Source: Octopus vulgaris
Lineage: Eukaryota
Reading direction: 5' to 3'
Length of the DNA: 64,000 nucleotides
Assembly: GCA_951406725.2 (NCBI GenBank)
Contig: OX597820.1
Location: 53,072,001 to 53,136,000, forward strand
The position numbers and the translations under genes are program-made. Below, piece by piece: positions 56,743-64,000 of this stretch. Under the pieces are notes generated by a model, which searched no databases, was not told the DNA's origin, and saw only the letters and a list, made by a program, of their open reading frames with translations. Positions within the stretch are counted from its first letter, which is position 1; each line of letters starts with the position of its first letter.

Positions 56743-56966
56743 GTAGCGTGGAAGGTGTTTATAAGCCATTTAAGAAACGCACAAAAACCGTTAGATTCAC
56801 TTCAACATTTAAATTTAATTTGTCAAATTAAATTTAAATGTTGAAGTGAATCTAATGGTTTTTGTGCGTTTCTTAAATGGCTTATAAACACCTTCCACGC
56901 TGCAATTGTTTTCGTTCCAGCACACGATCTCAGATCAAGTCACTTGCTATGCAAGTACATCTCCGT
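56739..56966. repeat. Fold-back element 4: 84-bp arms, 1-nt spacer, plus unique 3' extension
   Basis: 56739-56822 versus 56824-56907 with two mismatches. (TA)n lies on the left and (TAA)n(TA)n on the right. Confidence 0.92.
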
Positions 56967-56984
56967 AATAATAATAATAATAAT

Positions 56985-57110
<126 letters not shown>

Positions 57111-57144
57111 TGTGTGTCTGTGTGTATGTATATATATATTATGT

Positions 57145-57337
57145 GATCGCGTGTGTATCGTTGGCGATTTTCTTTCTTCGTCTTCCCTTCTTTGGACTTT
57201 TTCTATATTTCTGACTAAGAGCTCCGCTCAAAACGTGGAATCCACCTTCTTTCTTTCCTTTCCTGAGCGTCCAATAATACTGTATTTATTCTACGTCCAC
57301 GTGATGTGTTTTCTCTTTGTTCGTGTTTGTATTAACT
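57145..57337 (+). mobile_element. Probable solo PLE pLTR remnant with decayed hammerhead-like motif
   Basis: ttt CTGACTA a gagc-tcc-gctc AAAAC GT at 57208-57236 in a short unique block flanked by microsatellites. Confidence 0.4.
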
Positions 57338-58757
57338 ATATATATATATATATGCGTGTGTGTGTGTGTGTGTACATATATATATTTGTGCGTGTGTGTT
57401 TGTGTGTGTGTGTGTGTGTGCATACTTATATATAATAATAATAACAATAATCCTTGGATAGAATTTATAAATATATATATATATATATACATATATATGT
57501 ATATACATACATACACACCATACATACTTACACCCCTTCATACTTACATACACACATTTATACAAACATATGCAAGCGTGTCTCTCTATATGTGTAGGTA
57601 GATATCTACACATATATTTTCCTTTTTGTTTCATCATATATTCTGTTTCGAATTCATTATATAATCATGAATATATTTTTTGGAATGATTTTGTTTCAAA
57701 TCTTAAAAAAATAAAAACGTATTTTTGAATCAATAAACACTGTTATATAAGTTATATATATTCTATGTTATACAACTAACGCCAAAGTCTCTTGGTATTT
57801 TAAAAGAAACACGCATTTCTTTTAGCAAATATTTCAAGATAAAATGTCATATAGTTTTTCGATATTTGCTTTGTGTACGTCTGTGATTTGGTATATCTTT
57901 CTCACAATATGTACGTAAAGGAAACTGTTTGTATATTTATTGTACGTATGTGCGTGTATGTATACTTATGAATGATAATCTGTACGAGTACGTATCTACA
58001 CACTTATTCATTTTAATACGTTGTCTGAGTAGGTGTACATACCAGTGGAAATTCAATTGTCAGTCATAATGTCGTGCAAGTAATTCGGAAACTATTTCTA
58101 CAGAAGTATTCTCATATTCTCGAATAGAGCGTTAAATATTCCCCTTGGCTTAAATGCGTATGTCTGTCGCCGTCGAACACTTTACATCGTTCACTATGCT
58201 CAGTTTAACAAGCAGCACCTGTAGCTTACTACGACTGTTACCTACTACATTGTACCTGTGCATTGTTTGTAATATGTGTATGGTCATAATTATGTTCCTA
58301 TGCAAGTACTCTCGTGCTTATGTATATATGTACGTATGCGTGTGAAAAGTGTTCTTGTCGATTCTATGGAGTTATTATGCGATTATATAACGCTGGAAAA
58401 ACCGCAGTTTCAATAAATAACGTAGACAGACAAGTGTGTGCGTAAATGTGAATGCGTGAGCGTGTATGTGTGTGTGTGTGTGTGGGGGGGGGTTAAGCTT
58501 GTACAAATGCATACATTTATTGTTATATGCGTTGTACTCTATCTTTCTCGCTCACTCCTACCTCCTACAGTTCTACCCACCTCTCTCTCTTTCTCTCTGT
58601 CTCTCTGTCTCTCTCTCCAACATGGTTACTGCTGGTGTCTGCCAAAGAAGAATGTTCTTTTTATATATGTGTGTATTTGAGTGCTATGTAATGTATGTTT
58701 ATGCATGTGCATATATACATATATACATATATATACATACATACCTATATATATATA

Positions 58758-58791
<34 letters not shown>

Positions 58792-58961
58792 GCCCTCTTA
58801 TGGTTGGGAATCGATTTTATATGAAATCGGGCAGTGGGAAATTTCAAGTGGCGACGTAACACATGGTTATCCAGTTACACTAAAGTTCACTTGAAATGAC
58901 TGATGATAGTGGATAACGATGCAGTCACTCTTTATGTAACCACTTGGAACGTGCGGATCTG

Positions 58962-59004
<43 letters not shown>

Positions 59005-59064
59005 TTAAATACATAGCCAGTACCGTATTTGGCCGTACATAAATACATATCTCTGTATATATGT

Positions 59065-59294
59065 ATTTCTTTACTGCCCACAAGGGGCTAAACATAGAGA
59101 GGACAAACAAGGACAGACAAAGGGAATAAGTTGATTACATCAACCCCAGTGCGTAACTGGTACTTAATTTATCGACCCCGAAAGGATGAAAGGCAAAGTC
59201 GACCTCGGCGGAATTTGAACTCAGAACGTAACGACAGACGAAATACCGCTAAGCATTTCGCCCAGCGCGCTAACGATTCTGCCAGCTCGCCGCC
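59065..59294 (-). mobile_element. SINE family B, single unit
   Basis: Minus head ggcggcgagctggcagaatcgttagcgcgctgggcg. Confidence 0.85.
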
Positions 59295-59498
59295 TATATA
59301 TCTGTATATATGAACACACACAAACACACGCTTACACACACACGTACGCACGCATGCTCGCACACACACACACACATGTAGAATCCTGTGGATGTGGAAT
59401 ACAGCATCTAAAACATGCGATATGTGGAAACGTACGTAGCAATGCTTTAAAGCATTTATGAATTTCCATCCAAAAGTTTTTGCTTTTACTATATATAT

Positions 59499-59554
<56 letters not shown>

Positions 59555-59630
59555 AGAGTATTTGTATGTGTATATATATGTATGTATGTAAGTATGTATG
59601 TATGTATGTATGTATGTATATATGTATGTA

Positions 59631-60110
59631 AGGCCAGATATGGTGCTGCTGCCGGTTTCAAAAGCATCAAAAATAGGTGGTTCTATTAGAACTCTCTACT
59701 CTCTGGACTGATTCTCATTGAGAGTAAGAGAAAGAAAAGTACTGAACTGATTGAGCTGTTCAAAAACACCGAGCAGCAAGCAAGGTATCGTTACACGGAG
59801 GTGGAATTTAGGCTGTTTGTCAGCCAGTTTCTCTGTAGAGCTTACAACGTGCTAGCGCATCACATGAGCCACAAGGAAAATGGCATAAATTTTCCTGTGA
59901 AAGCAGCAGAGGTTACGTCACAATTACAGCGGCTCAGGAGGTGCGACCCTTATAAACGACAGTGCTAGCACTCGTAATGCTAATTAGACCCGTCTCGGCA
60001 TTTAACTCGCGTTTCGTCGCCTGGGTTATCATTAATTGTTGAGAGACCGAAAGCACCTGATGATCCTTGGAAGCATTACTGATGATATATCCAGAAGTAT
60101 CACATGATGT
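59631..60110 (+). mobile_element. Degenerate HERO-like RLE non-LTR 3' end
   Basis: RPDMVL followed after a frameshift by VVLLEL (RLE motif), then VKAAE-TS. The 3' UTR gtcgcctggg...gagaccgaaagcacctgatgatcc...actgatgatatatcc resembles HERO 3' ends as recalled. Confidence 0.5.
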
Positions 60111-60639
60111 ATGAAAACTATATGCTATGTATGTATATAGATGTCTATATTTATGTGCTAAAGTTTCGAGATATTGATATCGACATTTTTGTTCTTGTAT
60201 TTCGTAGATAAAAATTCTCTAAAATATATTATGTATTTTTAATTATATTGTATTTTTAATCATACGTTTTACAGAATTTTTTTCTACATACATATATATG
60301 TGTGTGTGTTTATCGACTGGTGTGTGTAGCTATAAATCTATGTATGAATATGTATTTATGTACATATGTGAAGGTGTGTGTGTTTGTGTGTGTGTGTGTG
60401 TGCGTGCATGCATGTGTGCGTCTGAGTGTGTCATAAGTACATATATTTGTTTATACATATATGTATCTTTGGATTTGTATATCTGTATATACATGTGTGT
60501 GTATGTATGCGTGTGATTATGTCAACGGCCGTATTGATCTGTATAGGCATTACTATATGCAAGATTTCATTCTTATATGGGCAGAATAGCAGAATAGCAA
60601 GTTCGAAAATCTCTAAGAGATGAAAGTAGTAACAATACT

Positions 60640-61140
60640 AAAAAGTAATGTTTCTCGTCACTTTAATATGGCTGTTCCATAGAACCGTTTTTATCCACAA
60701 GAGGAGCCTCCTCCAGCTGGTTATCGATGCAATCTGCACCCGATATATATTGCGAACCCCTATCAACTTCTGTCAGAGGACGGGATCACCCGACCGTGCA
60801 GTTTCGAGCTATTTGTGCCCATCGTCAGTGTTCTGGCCACTGCATCATGCCTCATAGGAAGAAAATAGCTGGAAGACATTCTCTCGCAGTTGACAATAAT
60901 GTGATTGATACCTTCAGATTTGATCTTGCAAAGCCTACAATTGTGAGTCAATGTTTTCTGCCATTTATGCTGTAGGTACTTGGTGGGAGTTCTCTCACTA
61001 TTCAACTACTTGTAAGTAGCCTTAAAAGTGGAATGTGATAAACTTGTCAGTATTCCATGCCAAGCTTTTGAGATGATCAATCCCTTCTATGGTTGTCTTC
61101 TGCGCCAAATACTATCTTCCCTTCTATGGTTTTTTTCCGT
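60640..61140 (-). mobile_element. Degenerate RLE-type non-LTR fragment, related to 40750-41790
   Basis: CRLCKIKSEGINHIIVNCERMSSSYFLPMRHDAVAR. Confidence 0.75.
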
Positions 61141-62393
61141 GCTGGTACTATCTTCTTAATGAATTACTCCATTTGTTTTATTTTGCTCTTCTAATAAATA
61201 CATTTAACTAATTCACCCAGGGGAAAATAACTGTGTCAACACTTGTTTCATGCCCGTCCTCAAGTTCATTCACTATCATAATCATCGTGTTGATTTCATA
61301 GTCACAAACTTAGGCAAGATCGTTACTGGTCGCTTTCCAGTGCGGCGGATGTTGTTTCACTGCCACTATACTCGCTTCATATGAGGATAGATAGTAGGAC
61401 AGATAAACTAGGTGAGAGGGAGTTTGAAAGAGAAAAGAAAATACAAAGAGAAGCAGACATCTGTGAGGTGGAGGGGAACTTAAGGTGATTTGAGAACTGA
61501 ATGACAAAAATAGGTTAATGAATATAGAGCGAGTAAAGTAGCTGAAGGTAAAATGCTCATGCATATGGAACATTGTATTTTTCTTTCTGTTTCATTGATA
61601 ATATCAATGAACTGTGATGTGCAAAGACACCGCAGACTTAAGAGTGGGCAATGGGTGATGCTATGGATATATTCATATATGAAGTAATCTACAAATGAAT
61701 CGAATTCATTACCCAGTTTCAGTTCAAGCTTGTAGATTATTCACTTCTCCATCCATACGTCAGGGGCGAAATTTATGAATAAAACAAGAAACATCCGCCC
61801 TTCTTTGTCCAAGTTAGTAGATATAACCCTTTTTATTACTACTATAAAACCATTATAATGTAATTTATGGAGTTCAATCAATGCAATAATATATACATTA
61901 CCTGGTATCATAATACGGTCCTGCAATATATTTTTATTCAAAACTGTATTTTCACAAGTTAGTATTTCGAGTTTCCTGTTGCCGCTTTTGTTAGTTTTGA
62001 TGCATTTCTATTTGTTGTGCTTTCACTAATCCATACATTCAGGAAAATATAAAAAGTTTGGCACTTCAATTGTTGGCGCTCCATTGCGGAATAAGAAACG
62101 ACACTTCAAAATATGGTGTTCCGTAATATGATATATCCTGTCACTGATATATGTCGTATATTTATATGTGTTATCTCTACGTATTTGATACCCAGAAAAT
62201 AAAAAGGATGAAAAGATGAAAAGATGAAAAAGTTGTCAATCTTAAGACATATCTCTTAACATAACGTCATGGTTTTATTGATATAATCCACATTTTTTCT
62301 AGATGCCTTTATCTTTTGCTATCTGCACACTCACGTATACATACATAGCAACACATACAAACACACATGCATGTAAATATTCATATATATGTA

Positions 62394-62468
<75 letters not shown>

Positions 62469-62516
62469 TCTTATATATGCTTATAAATATATGTGTACAT
62501 TTATATATATATATAT

Positions 62517-62613
<97 letters not shown>

Positions 62614-62661
62614 AGAGAGAGAGAGAGGGAGAAAGAGCGAGCGCTACATACATTTGTGTGC

Positions 62662-62725
<64 letters not shown>

Positions 62726-63612
62726 TCACACACAGACACACATATATACCTAGATATATGTATGTGTTTACCTATATTTGTTTATTTATACATATGTACA
62801 TATAAATATGTATGCTGTTCGTGTGTGTTTTTGTGTGTGTATGTGTGTGTGCGTGCGTGTATGTGCACGTTTGTGTGTGTGTTTGTACGCGCAAACTTTT
62901 GAAAACTCGACTATGTATTAGTTTTATCTTTTATATCAATGATTTTATATAAAGTTTCGTTTCAGATTCTTTTCAGTTTATATGAAACAATAAAGTACCT
63001 CAATGCGTCACCGAAGTTTCTAGACTTTTATAGTCTTATCTTCAGGATGAAGTTATGTTGACGAATGTTGCCACCTCTTTATAATCCTGGAAGCCAACAT
63101 GATTAATGTAAATCTTTGTAGTCGAAATTTGAACTTTTGACCGCACAGTTTATACATTATCAGTTGTTTGTGACTACACTAAGAATCTTAAGAATACAAA
63201 ATTTCTTTTTCTAGAAAACAACAGATGCATCACGTCCATTTAAACCAAAGGCAAAAATAACTGCATATCCAATACAAGTACGCTCAAATGTCCACAGAAA
63301 CAAAATGTCTGCTGTGAAATTACTACAAGAGCTTTTAGATTCTCCTTCACCAACGGAGTGCTAGATAAAGAAATTCACAGAATAAAATAAGCACCAGCTT
63401 TTCTAGTAAACAAACGAGGCACGCCAATTCAGCCTAAAGTACAATACAACGAATATACCAGACTGTACGTATTTAAAATCCATAAATCCACGCATAAATT
63501 GTAGTATATGAACCAAATGCGTATTATGGAGTAGATGAACACATCAAAACTCGTAAAACAAAACTAGAAATGAGTTATTGTGTTATGTCGTACGTTCGGA
63601 TGACCGCTACTC

Positions 63613-63831
63613 AACTATTCTCGACGTCTAGGCCTCTCCCTCTATATCTACGTATTGGGCTAGCCTACTTCATCGTCTGGGGGCGTCCACACAACACCTC
63701 CCCCTTTTGAGAGGCGAGAAAAACCAATGGATTTATGGTATGATTTGTTCAAGGCCAACCACAAATGGACTATTGACTTCTTGGAAGAACTGTTCTCGAC
63801 GTCTAGGTCTCTCCCTCTATATCTACGTATT
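63613..63831. repeat. 44-bp direct repeat pair, period 175 bp
   Basis: aact-ttctcgacgtctagg-ctctccctctatatctacgtatt at 63613-63656 and 63788-63831. Confidence 0.85.
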
Positions 63832-64000
63832 AACACCTGCCACAAACGACGAGGATTTTACAAATACATAAATAGTACCAGTTCATGTGTTGCACATACA
63901 TACATAGATACATACATACAAACAGACAAACTGTCGTCCGAAGAACGTAAACATTTAAAAAAGGAGTAGAAATTTGTTATACCCTGGGGTAATTTGCTTA

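Noticed and set aside
60072-60127. CTGATGA...GAAA with flanking agcat/atgct, hammerhead-like
   Set aside because: Stem II register and stem III/cleavage-site geometry do not fit. It lies in a degenerate HERO-like 3' UTR.

Overview
AT-rich, microsatellite-saturated eukaryotic DNA with no recognisable host protein-coding gene. Most ORF-track entries are translations of simple repeats. The SINE families, repeat mix and microsatellite load resemble an octopus (coleoid cephalopod) genome; this is an inference. The window is mostly transposon remnants: two SINE families (about 17 copies), RLE-type non-LTR fragments (R4/Dong-like, HERO-like), three Tx1/L1-like 3' ends nested in (GATA)n, an RTE 3' end, Helitron helicase remnants, and Tc1/mariner and hAT remnants. 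The stand-out region is 50050-53850. There, three fold-back (inverted-duplication) elements sit back to back in (TA)n tracts. One is a very young, 5'-truncated Neptune-type Penelope-like retroelement (RT + GIY-YIG). Its 3' UTR carries a minimal type I hammerhead ribozyme with a compensatory U3-A8 core (UUGAAAA). Next to it is a non-coding 476-bp palindrome carrying a different type I hammerhead (canonical CUGAUGA...GAAA, long stem II). Further fold-backs occur at 16.2-16.7 kb and 56.7-56.9 kb. All coordinates and mismatch counts were read by eye.
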